From: Isurus oxyrinchus
Taxonomy: Eukaryota
Direction: 5' to 3'
Length of the DNA stretch: 64,000 nucleotides
Assembly (NCBI GenBank): GCA_026770705.1
Contig: JANJGN010000342.1
Span: 310,001 to 374,000 of the forward strand
Under the pieces are notes generated by a model. It had not been told where the DNA came from, searched no databases, and saw nothing but the letters and a program-made list of their open reading frames with translations. This document shows positions 27,665 to 38,810 of this stretch, one piece after another; positions within the stretch are counted from its first letter, which is position 1, and each line of letters opens with the position of its first letter. The position numbers and the translations under genes were made by a program.

Positions 27665-30259
27665 TTGCTTTCCATTTCCTTCCTGGTGTTTGACAAGGTG
27701 TTTACTAAAACCTGCTTTCACAGCCATATCTCCTTTCTCAGTGACTGTCTCCGTCTCCGACTTACCCCACGTGGATTTCAACTGAAATTCCACCCCTCAT
27801 CTTTCGAACCCACCCAGGATTACCGGTATCTCCGGAACATAAAACGTTTCTCAGACTGCTGTTCCCGTCACATTCTGAAATCCACACTCAGTGCCATGCG
27901 CCGCCATATGAACACACTCGACCTCTCCCTCCAGCAGCACCGCCGTACCCTTTTTCAAAGCTGCGCGTGCCCCCAGTTTCATTTTATCCTCCGGCTCATC
28001 CGACGCCTCAACAAGAAACATTTTCTCTTTCTCTCAACTGCTAAGGAACGCAAGCTCCAACAACTCATCGACACCAACACCCATCTAGGACCCTCCACCC
28101 CAGCCTGTCCCTCCGTCCCCACCCCATCTTCCAATCCCAGCCCCAGCCGTGTATTCACTATACCCCCTGACCTTCCCCTCTCCGATGCTGAACGTTCAGT
28201 GCTCAGCAAAGGACTTAGTTTCATACCCTTACGCCCTCACCTCAATGAATTTCGGGCTCGGCATGATACTGAACTCTTCTTTCGCCGTCTTCGTCTCCGG
28301 GCTCACTTCTTCGGGCAGGAGTCCTCTCCCAATTCAACGGATCCTTTTACCCATCTCCAATATTCTCCCTCCACCTGGACCCCTCCCTCTGGATTCTTAC
28401 CTTCTCTTGATCTTTTCATTGAGAACTGTCGGCGCGACATTAGTCGTCTCAATTTCTCTGCTCCTCTCACCCATTCTAACCTGTCTCTCTCTGAACTTAC
28501 TGCACTCCATTCTCTCAGGTCCAACCCCGACATTGTCATCAAACCCGCTGACAAGGGTGGTGCTGTTGTTGTCTGGCGCACTGACCTCTACCTCGCGGAG
28601 GCTGAGCGTCAACTCGCAGACACTTCCTCCTATCTGTCCCTGGACCATGACCCCACCACTGAACATCAAGCCATTGTTTCCAGGACTGTCACTGACCTCA
28701 TCTCCTCTGGGGATCTCCCTCCCACAGCTTCCAACCTGATAGTCGCCCAACCTCGGACGGCCCGCTTCTATCTCCTACCCAAAATCCACAAACAGAACTG
28801 CCCCGGTAGACCGATCGTCTCAGCTTGCTCCTGCCCCACAGAACTCATCTCTCGTTATCTTGACTCCCTTCTCTCTCCCCTTGTCCAGTCCCTTCCCACC
28901 TACATCCGTGATTCCTCTGACACCTTACGTCACATCAACAATTTCCAGTTCCCTGGCTCCAACCGCTTCCTCTTCACCTTGGACGTCCAATCCCTCTACA
29001 CCTCCATCCCCCACCAGGATGTTCTGAGGGCCCTTAGCTTCTTCCTCGAACAGAGGCCCGAACAATCCCCATCCCCACTACTCTCCTCCGTCTGGCTGAA
29101 CTTGTTCTCACGTTGAACAATTTCTCCTGCAACTCCTCTCACTTTCTCCAAATCCTACTCCGGCCCCCTTCCACAAATTTTTCTCCGGTACATCGATGAT
29201 TACTTCGGTGCCGCTTCATGCTCTCGTCGGGACTTGGAAAAATTTATTAATTTTGCTTCCAATCTCCACCCCTCCATCATTTTCACGTGGTCCATCTCTG
29301 ACACTTCCCTTCCCTTCCTTGACCTCTCTGTCTCAATCTCTGGTGATAGACTGTCCACCAATATCCATTACAAACCTACCGACTCCCACAGCTACCTCGA
29401 CTACAGCTCCTCACACCCCGCTTCCTGTAAGGACTCCATCCCATTCTCCCAGTTCCTTCGCCTTCGTCGCATCTGTTCCGATGATGCTACCTTCAAAAAC
29501 GGTTCCTCTGACATGTCCTCCTTCTTCCTTAACCGAGGTTTTCCACCCACGGTCGTTGACAGGGCCTTCAGCCGTGTCCGGCCCATCTCCCGCGCATCCG
29601 CCCTCACGTCTTCTCCTCCCTCCCAGAAACATGATAGGGTCCCCCTTGTCCTCACTTATCACCCCACCAGCCTTCGCATTCAAAGGATCATCCTCCGCCA
29701 TTTCCGCCAACTCCAGCATGATGCCACCACCAAACACATCTTCCCTTCACCCCCCTTATCGGCATTCCGTAGGGATCGCTCCCTCCGGGACACCCTGGTC
29801 CACTCCTCCATCACCCCCTACTCCTCAACCCCCTCCTATGGCACCACCCCATGCCCACGCAAAAGATGTAACACCTGCCCCTTCACTTCCTCTCTCCTCA
29901 CCGTCCAAGGGCCCAAACATTCCTTTCAAGTGAAGCAGCATTTCACTTGCATTTCCCCCAACTTAGTCTACTGCATTCGTTGCTCCCAATGTAGTCTCCT
30001 CTACATTGGAGAGACCAAACGTAAACTGGGCGACCGCTTTGCAGAACACCTGTGGTCTGTCCGCAAGAATGATCCAAACCTCCCTGTCGCTTGCCATTTT
30101 AACACTCCACCCTGCTCTCTTGCCCACATGTCTGTCCTTGGCTTGCTGCATTGTTCCAGTGAAGCCCAACGCAAACTGGAGGAACAACACCTCATCTTCC
30201 GACTAGGCACCTTACAGCCTTCCGGTCTGAATATTGAGTTCAACAACTTTAGGTCATGA
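27665..30259 (+). pseudogene. Penelope-like RT/GIY-YIG endonuclease polyprotein, disrupted
   Basis: Motifs DIVIKPADKGGAVVV, FYLLPKIHK, GRPIVS, DVQSLYTSIP, RYIDD, LPFLD, NLVYCIRC...YIGET. Compared with the 53.8-56.8 kb copies it has a 1-nt deletion near 29075 and an ~83-nt deletion near 29153 removing GVAMG. Confidence 0.92.
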
Positions 30260-30670
30260 GCTCCCTCCCCCATCCCCACCCCCTTTCTGTTTCCCCCTTT
30301 TTCCTTTTTTTTTCCCTAATTATATAGATTTTTCTTTTCCCACCTATTTCCATTATTTTTAAATATTTTAAAATCTTTTATGCTCCCCCCACCCCCACTA
30401 GAGCTGTACCTTGAGTGCCCTACCATCCATTCTTAATTAGCACATTCGTTTAGATAATATCACCAACTTTAACTTTAACACCTATGTGTTCTTTTGTACC
30501 ATTGTCACTGACATCTTTTGATGATCTGCTTCTATCACGGCTTGTTTGTCTACACAAGCACCTCTGTTTCTCTCTCTCTCTCTCCGCCCCCCCCCCCCCC
30601 CCCCCCCCCCCCCCCCACACACACACCTTAAACCAGCTTATATTTCAACTCTTTCTTGGACTCGAAATCA

Positions 30671-30709
30671 AGTTCTGTCGAAGGGTCATGAGGACTCAAA
30701 ACGTCAACT
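30671..30709 (+). ncRNA. Hammerhead-like motif, GAAA mutated to AAAA (likely inactive)
   Basis: agttctgtcgaagggtcatgaggactcaaaacgtcaact. Confidence 0.5.
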
Positions 30710-31512
30710 CTTTTCTTCTCCGCCGATGCTGCCAGACCTGCTGAGTTTTTCCAGGTAATTCTGTTTTTGTTATGGAAATAGTTGGTTGGTTTTTATTTCA
30801 TTTAACTGATCATTAATTCCGAAGGCAGGGGTTGATCCGGGCTGTGTCACGGGAAAGAGAGGAATGAGGATCAGGAGGAGGCCATTCAGCCCTTTGACCC
30901 CGCTCCGCCATTCAGTAAGATCATGGCTGATCTGATTGTGGTCTCGGGGCCACTTTGCTGTCTCTCCTCAATATTTGGAAAATATTGTCAGTTAGCAGCG
31001 GGAAAATGGAGAAGGAACCAAAACAAAAACCCCAGTGTCCAGCTTTGTGAATCTTTAGAAACTCTTTGGGAACCGGAATCCGAGGAGCAATGAAGGGTGA
31101 TCAGTTCGACTGACCAGAGACATTCAAGGAAACTTTCCCTTCTTTAAGACGCTGGAAACATTAACTTTGATGTTGACAGTGAAGTTATCTGACCTGAGAG
31201 ATTGAAATGATTCTCGTTACTGCACATCAGGAATTCACACCTAACATCGGCTTCAGGACAATCAGAATACTTGGTAACAGACAAAACGCCGAAAGGCTCG
31301 AAGGGAGACGGCACCTGTTGTCAGAGAGCTGGTTCCCGGTGACATGGATGTGCCTGGAGTGGGTGGAATCAGACTGTTTCCATGTATCCACAGTGAATGT
31401 CCCTCCCTTGAGAAAAAATGAAGAGAATAATTGTCCTCCCGGTAGCAGCAATCTGAAGCTTAAACTCGCTGACACCCTGGGTTAGGAAAGCTGGCACATC
31501 AGCCTTACGTCA

Positions 31513-31586
31513 ATCTCTGTGGCGCAATTGCTTAGCACGTTCGATTATTAACTGAAAAGTTGGTGGTTTGGAACCACCCAGGGACG
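31513..31586 (+). pseudogene. tRNA-Asn pseudogene (anticodon GTT mutated to ATT)
   Basis: atctctgtggcgcaattgcttagcacgttcgattattaactgaaaagttggtggtttggaaccacccagggacg is colinear with tRNA-Asn(GTT). Confidence 0.85.
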
Positions 31587-32268
31587 AAGATTTCACTTTT
31601 TTCTCCCTATCAGCTTTCATTGTCACTCAGTTCCGGGCTCTCATTGGCTACTTGAGCTGCAAGAAATTATCCCGCAAACATTACCCTTAACCACAGTGTT
31701 CCCACACCGATGTTTTAGTTTTGAATGTTCATTTCAAACACAATAAAAAACAATAAACAACTATGTAATTACACCTAACTCATTAGACACGTGTGAAATT
31801 ATTGGATTCAAACAAACCCGTCAATGATTCTCTCTTTCTCAGCTCCACAGTGAGTGAGACAGGGGAAAAGCAGAAAAGTAGCAATATTCCGACCCCCCCA
31901 CTCTCCAATCACCCGCTGCCAGCTGAAAGATTTTCTCACTTTGCTGAGGGTTTATCCTGTGAAATGGTGAATAGGAAATGTAATGTGACTGAAAGATATT
32001 ACATTCACTTAACATGCAACTACAAACGCGAATGATGCAAAAGGTGCCAGCTCACTGTCAAAATAGATGCCTGTCATGCTTAATTTTAACAGGAAGAGCA
32101 AGGAGAGACAATATAAATTTAAATTGCAGTGGAGAAAATGAGGGGTTATCAAATTAGCTGAATTCCTTTTGCCATTAGCCGGCATTGTCACGATGGGCTG
32201 AATGTCGTCTTCCCTGCTGTAGATATTTATGATTTTATACCATCGACTTTAACCTGTGCACAGGGCCA

Positions 32269-32333
32269 GTTGTCATGGCCGATTGGTTCAGGTGATGGAG
32301 CCCAAGTCCATTGGGATTCCCGCTTCTCATTAT
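32269..32333 (+). pseudogene. Truncated tRNA-Ser pseudogene
   Basis: gttgtcatggccgattggttcaggtgatgga...tccattggg, T-arm lost. Flanks homologous to those of the Ser genes at 7864 and 37313. Confidence 0.65.
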
Positions 32334-32898
32334 TCCTGGTTTAAAGTGTGTCTACAGAGTTAATTATAGGTTAAGTTGAATAAAATCTATCCAAACACTT
32401 GGAGGGGATTCTATTTCTGTTCATTCACGAAAACACTCACGAAACTTGGAACTGGAATAAAACTTGGCTTCATGTTTGCTTTCTGGATATTTGCCTCTCC
32501 TTAGAGACAAACCCTTTCCCTCTGTCACTCTCGGTGCATATGTTTGTGTGTGTTCCTCTGTGTATGTCAATGTGAGTCAGTTCCCCGAGGGGTGAACACA
32601 TTTTTACCATCACTAACTTTATTTAAATTAGTTATGCAACTTCATGTTAAAATGTTAGAGAAAAATATCAGGATGAAAAATGAAAGAGAGAGTTTGCAAT
32701 GTTTGGAAGGAGGTACATCTAAGAAGTGGAAGATGGGAATGATGTTATTGATGATTGAGAGGAATGTATTGCAACCTAGGGGCTTTTGTAGGTCGATTCC
32801 CTTCTCCACTCTAAGATTCAGAACAAGCTGAGGCTCCAGGTGGAAAAAAAAACGTCTGTCGCCATATGTGTTGGGATATGAAGGATTCCTTCCCCCAT

Positions 32899-32971
32899 TC
32901 CCGGCTACCTCAGTCAATAGAATATAAAACGCTTAATTTCAGGTTCATGTGTTGGAGCCCCATGTTGGGGG
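32899..32971 (+). pseudogene. tRNA-Lys(CTT) pseudogene
   Basis: tcccggctacctcagtcaatagaatat...cttaatttcagg...gagccccatgttggggg is colinear over 73 nt with tRNA-Lys(CTT). Confidence 0.8.
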
Positions 32972-33942
32972 CTGTTGTCATTTGCAAACTTCCTGCTCTA
33001 AAACAAAAAAAAACACAACCTCATTCAGTGGCACCTACAAGGCAGAAAATCACCATTGGCACCAACTGACAGACATCAAATTCAAAACACTTTCATGTCG
33101 CGTTTCTTTCTGCTTCTGTCCCTGTCTCGCCTCCAGCTCCGTCTGCCCGTACAGCTCCCAGATCAATTAGCTGCTTGATGCAGACACAGTCAGTTCGTGA
33201 GAATGTAAGACACAACACGATAGGTTTGCAGACCATAGAGTAAAGACACACCAGGATCTCAAATTCCTGATTCTCCCAGATACTGATTACAGGAATGTGC
33301 ACAGTGCCGATTATCCACAGTCACACTCTCCTTCCAGTCTTGTCTACGTTAATCAGCTTTGAAGTTGTTCACATTTTTTACACTGGATTTCAATGTGGAG
33401 AAAGCAGAGCTGTGATAAGCTTATATTGTTCAGCAGATGTACTGCAGGAAGGTGCCTAACAGGCTGATGATAACAGGCTCTTTGGGCACGGTGAGCTCCA
33501 GTGAAGGATTGGCACCATTAATGTGTCGCTCATTTAGTCTCGTGACTAAATGACAAGAAAGCTCGCTGAATTTGCTCCATGTTTTGGTTTCGACGAGCCG
33601 AATACAAGGTAAGAAAGCGCATTTCGCTAGAGTGGGTTATAAAGTGGCAGTGTTGGGAAACATAACATTATAGAAAATTACAGCGTAGAAAGAGCCCATT
33701 GGGCCCGGCGCGCTGCTTTCAAAGCGGAGTCGATTGATCAGAAGTGATATCTGCGCCGGTACAAATGGAAGACAGTAACATTCGTCCTTCTCCCACCCAT
33801 GTTTCGCCTTGCAACCAGCCCTTCTTCCCTACTGTTTGTTCTCGACTAGTTCGAAGTGTGACATTTCTTGCTGTGACGCTAAACTTTAACTCTCGGTGGG
33901 GCTGTTTGAAAACAGAAAGTGACTACACTCAACAAACCTTAA

Positions 33943-34014
33943 TTTCCTGACCGGGAATGGAACCCGGGCCGCGGCGGTGAAAGCACCGAATCCTAACCAC
34001 TAGACCACCTGGCA
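33943..34014 (-). tRNA. tRNA-Glu(TTC), probably non-functional
   Basis: Minus strand tgccaggtggtctagtggttaggattcggtgctttcaccgccgcggcccgggttccattcccggtcaggaaa. Acceptor-stem mismatches and a T-loop G>C change. Confidence 0.85.
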
Positions 34015-35219
34015 ATCTATCAAACTGCTTTTAGATTTGGCTTATCCACGCTGCTTTTGGTATTGTTTTTCAGTTCAGATCTCTTTCACCACAAAACTGC
34101 CTGTTTAGCCTTAACACAAACGAATTCTTCAGCCAATAAAAACAACGGTTTCTGTGAGCTGGAACATGAAATCGACAGTGAGGTGAAATAGTCCCACAAG
34201 CTGCTCATGCGTAACTTTCAATTTCCAAACCCTCCACCCTATTCGCTGTGGGCCAATGGAAGCGCCGATCCCCAGTCATGAGACATAAGGGAAAGTACCA
34301 GAAAGGTTTGACATTTGGCATTTAGAGGTTACTTTCCACTTTTTTTTTTATTCCCGATCTTTTCACCAGAGAGAACTTTCTCCAACTAATTGCTCTGTTT
34401 AGGTTGAACACAGGAGACTTCTTTCGCCAATGAGAAGAACTATTGCTGTTAGCTGGAACATTAAATCGATACTTTGCTCCTTTAAGACAGTTTTTAAAAC
34501 CTCCCCCTTTGACCGAGCTTTTAGTATTCTGATCGAATATGAGGCTCGGTGTCACACTTTGTTATATAATGATCACGGGGGACGCCTCGTGACGTTTCAA
34601 CAGATTAAATGCACTTTATCAATATAAGTTATTAATGCAGAAGCATTATCAAAACTTGCCCTTTTAAGTGAGAGGAAAGCCGCCTTGTTCCTGTTTGTTG
34701 TTGGATATTAACTGAGCACAGTAACTTACAAGCGTCTTAGATTCGCCCTTCACCATTTCACAGAATAAACACTCAGGAAAGTGAGTGTATCTGTTTGCTG
34801 GCAGCGGGTGATTGGAGAGTGCGGGGGCCGGAATATTGCTGCTTTTCTGCTTTTCCCTGTCTCACTCACTGCGGAGCTGAGGAAGAAGGAATCATTAACG
34901 GGTCTATTTGAAACTAATAACTTCATAGATTTGTAGGTACCTGGTTGGTCAGTTGTTAAATTATATTTTAAATTAATATTCAGATAAAAAATAATCACTG
35001 CTGTTGGAACCCGCTGAGCAACAGCAGAGTTGGATTATTTTCTCTTTGTCGCTTAAGGACCCAATAACAACCCGGAACTGTCTGACGATGGATGTTGTTT
35101 GTGTTTTATATAAACGTGTCAATTTGGGGGAGAAACGTGTCTCTAATGAAAGAGGTTTGAAATGGAAATAAAAGGCACAGGTAGCATGACTTACCCAGGT
35201 TGTGAGGCTTGTGCGCACC

Positions 35220-35292
35220 TTCTGTGGTGGCCCAATAGCTCCGGTTCTTCGATTTCATAGTCAAGGGCGTGGGTTCGATTCCTGCTTAGGAA
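35220..35292 (+). pseudogene. Highly degenerate tRNA (Glu-like)
   Basis: Intact B-box gggttcgattcc, tggtgg near the 5' end, tttca at the anticodon position. Confidence 0.4.
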
Positions 35293-36131
35293 CCAGTGAA
35301 TTTGATAACTTAGGGCAAATCGCTAGGATGACCGTGAGTAATAAAAAACGTAGCAACCCTGCCGATCACCTCTACCAGAATGAATGGAGCAAAAGCTAGT
35401 ATCAGACCTCAGAATTGCAACAGCTCAAGAGCAAATACAGAGGTGAAGATCTGCGATGTAAGAACATTGCAAATTCCCCTTTCATCTGGATACTTTTCTC
35501 TGTTACATTGTAAGGTGAAGCTGCACAACCAATGTGTAAAACGTTTGTGATGGGAAAATATGTGTTTAACCGCTCGGGAGACTGAACCACATTGACACAC
35601 AGAGAGGAACACACAGGGACATGTACACCGAGAGTGATAGAGGCCTAAGGAGAGACAAAGACCCAGAAAACAACATTGTCGCCAATTTGGCCAATGATTG
35701 TTCCGTTTCAGACTCCAAATTTAGTGAATGTTTGCAACTGAAATAACTCTTAGTAACACGGATGAGAAGAAGATTTATGATTAATTCTGCAGACAGTATG
35801 TAATACATTCTCGGGATGTGGGCTTCGCTGGCTGGGCCAGCATTTATTGCCCATCTCATTATCCCTTGAGAAGGTGCTGCTGAGCTGCCTTCTTGAAACG
35901 CAGCAGTCCCCGTGGTGCAGGTACACCCAGAGTGCTGTTAGGAAGGGAGTTCCAGGATTTTGACCCAGCGACAGTGAAGAAACAGTGACATAATTCCGAG
36001 TCAAGATGGTGAGTGCCTTGCAGGAGAAATTCCAGGTGGTCGTGTTCCCATCTATCTGTTGCCCTTGTTTTTCTATTTGGTAATTGTCGTGGGCTTGGAA
36101 GGTTCTGTCTAAGGAGGCTTGGTGATTCCAT

Positions 36132-36162
36132 GCACATGTGATAACCACTCCCCTACAGAACA
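36132..36162 (-). pseudogene. 5' half of a tRNA-Val-like gene, truncated at a LINE fragment
   Basis: Minus strand gttctgtaggggagtggttatcacatgtgc resembles the tRNA-Val 5' half (GTAGTGTAGTGGTTATCAC). Confidence 0.45.
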
Positions 36163-37312
36163 ATACCTGACAAAGCCAGAGGCACCTGCACGCTATGTTA
36201 AACTGTGAGGTCCTGCTGCCGCACTTTGGGTCTTTGTTTTACAGAAATGGAATTCGGGTGGCAAAGTTCGAAATGTTGTGATCAAATTAATCTGATGATG
36301 TCATCATAAAATGGCAGAGTGTGCGAGGAGACCATTTAAACCATCATATCATTACCAGCATCTTACTATGTTCTTTCCAATTAGTCTCAATTTCCTTCTC
36401 TTTCTCCATCATCCTGAACGTTTTTCTCCCTTTCAAGTCATTGTCCAATTCCATTTCGAAAACTCTGAGTTAAGAAAAACAATATTGAAAGAGGCGCAGG
36501 AGCTGCTGCCGTGTCCATGCTCACTGTGTGAACATTAACAAAGTTCCCCTGACCCAGTGACATGAAGAGTTAGGCTGGGGATTCTTACACAGCTTTCGAA
36601 AAAATTAAGTTCATTTCAAATGGAATTTGAAAAGGAATTTTAGTCTGATGAAGCATCTCCTTATTTTTCTTATTCGATTGATACAATCTAATCCACCTGT
36701 CTGTACAACCTGTTACAGAGGCTGTTATAGGAAAGAGGGAAAGGTTTGCTGCAGTTATACAAAGCCCTGGTTAGATCACACCTGGAGGACTGTGTCTCGA
36801 TCTGGGAACGGCACCTTATAAAGGATCAACATTGACCTTGAAAGTTTCAGAGGAGCCGCATTGATGAGGAGGGTGGGTCTTGGAAATTGAAAGTTGCACA
36901 TCCACAGCTTGTGGCACTATTTCACCTCACTGTTCACTTCACGTTTATGTCTAACACACTCGATGCTGTTATTGGCTGAACAAGTCTTCTGTGTTTGAAC
37001 TAAACACGCTCCCACTCCTGGCCCTCCTCGGGGAATGTTGTTTTCTTGTTGCTGTGTGAACTGTCACCATGAACTGTTCCTGAAGTCTCTTTTCCCTGAG
37101 ATCTACAAAACCCATCACTTCTCTTCCTCTTTCATTCTCTCTCTTTCATTCCCAGTTTGGGAGGGAGAACGAGGAGGGACAATATAAATTGCAGGGTTAC
37201 GGGGAAAAGGCTGAGTTGTTGCAGTGACAGGGTAGGAAGAAGACGCTTTTTCTCTGCTGTAAGTATTCTATGATTTCATATATGAAATATATATATTGCA
37301 CAGTTCAGGTCT

Positions 37313-37394
37313 GTAGTCGTGGCCGAGTGGTTAAGGATATGGACTTGAAATCCATTGGGGTTACCTCGCGCAGGTTCAAATCCTGTCGACTACG
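37313..37394 (+). tRNA. tRNA-Ser(TGA), best-preserved copy
   Basis: gtagtcgtggccgagtggttaaggatatggacttgaaatccattgggg...gcgcaggttcaaatcctgtcgactacg, followed directly by a TTTT Pol III terminator. A few substitutions. Confidence 0.88.
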
Positions 37395-37499
37395 TTTTCC
37401 ATTATTTCTGATTTTAACCATTGATCTCAGAAACAGTAAATGGAATCGACATTTTCGCAACACCTGTAATAGCCAAGATTGACCAATTGATGGCAGTGT

Positions 37500-38810
37500 A
37501 ACCGTGATTGCTCACATCACATGAAGCAGGCGCTGTCTCAATTATTACTGCATTTGGCACTGTCTCTGTTCATATTAAATTAGACGCCGTTTCTATTTCT
37601 ATTACACTAGGACAGGTCTCTGATCATATTAGAGAAGGTCATCTCTCAGTTGTTTCTGTAATTGGCTCAGTCACAGTTGTGTATGCACTGGACGAGGGCC
37701 ACAATACAGTTGGCACTATCTGTCATGACTGCACTGAAGCAGGTCTCGGCTTACAATAAGCCATGCCCCAGTTGTCACTGCACTAGAGCTTGTCTCTGGT
37801 TATAGAAAACTAGAACACGTTTTTATTTGCATTTAACAAGACTCTGTCTCAGCTATTATACCAGTAGATCCTCCCACGTGTCTATCAAATTGGACTCTAT
37901 CTCAGGTAATGCTGCACCAATACATTCCTCCATTCATATCACACAATTCCCTGTTTCTATTGTTATTGTCCAATACCATTACTCGCTTATTGCCGTACTT
38001 GTCCATGCCTCTGTTTTTATTAATCTCGTACCTTTGCCGGTATTTAATTCACCAGACACTGCGTCAGATTATATTACAAAGAGCGCTGGATTATGTGAAG
38101 CTCCACTAGACTGTGTATCAGTTTTCTTATACTGGATCCGGTCTGTGTTATTACCACACTAGGCAGGTTCGTATTAAACAAGGTGCTGTCTCAATTATTA
38201 CTGCACTCTGCACTGCCTCACTTTTGTTCCACTAATCGCAGCCCTGCTTATAACACACTCAATCATGTCTGCATTTATATTCCGCTAGACCATTTCAGAA
38301 CAAGTTACACTAGATTGTGTATAAGTCTGTATCACACACGACTTTGTCTGTCTTTTCAATTAAAATGGATCCTGTCTTTGCAGAGGCTTTGTTTTTGTAC
38401 CTCTGTCTCTGCTTCTATTCCACTCTCCCTTTCCCTGATTTTACTCCACGAGATCATATCTGTCTCTCTTACACTGGCGGCAGTCTCCGTTATTATGACT
38501 TAGACTCTCTCTAGGAAGCTATTACTCTAGGCCCTGTGCCTGTAATAACTACCCTATTTCACTTGATATTGATCCAGGCCCTGTATTTCCGTCTCCGCTA
38601 TTATAACAGTAGACCCTGTTTATGTTAATAAAGCACTTGTCTCCGTCCTGTTATTCGTGCACTCAGTCACGTCTTTGCTTAAGTAACATTGGATGTTGTC
38701 TCGATTGTTACTGCACTTGTAATGTCTTTGCTTAAATTGCACTAGGCCGTGTCTCAGTAATTACCACACCAGACTCTGTCTCTGTTGTTATTTCACTTGT
38801 CTATGTCTCT
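37500..38810. repeat. Ancient degenerate tandem repeat, ~25-27 bp unit (attacactagaccctgtctctgtt-like)
   Basis: Recurrent acactag/gcactag...tgtctc/ggtctc...att motifs at short regular spacing. Confidence 0.65.

Larger units (their letters stand above)
27095..30771 (+). mobile_element. Near-full-length Penelope-like retroelement with inverted 5' pseudo-LTR
   Basis: 27095-~27547 is the reverse complement of the element's 3' UTR (~30290-30771). The body encodes RT + C-terminal GIY-YIG. Confidence 0.95.

Noticed and set aside
29070-29160. 83-nt deletion in the PLE RT read as a spliced intron, or frame-restoring with the 1-nt deletion
   Set aside because: The deleted segment does not start with GT, a stop lies between the two lesions, and the GVAMG motif is lost.
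28149-30279. Alternative-frame and antisense ORFs over the Penelope elements
   Set aside because: By-products of the C-rich, stop-poor coding strand. Not consistently open between copies.
27085-30790. Target-site duplication for the first Penelope copy
   Set aside because: The flanks (ccgcatttt / atggaaatag) share no direct repeat.
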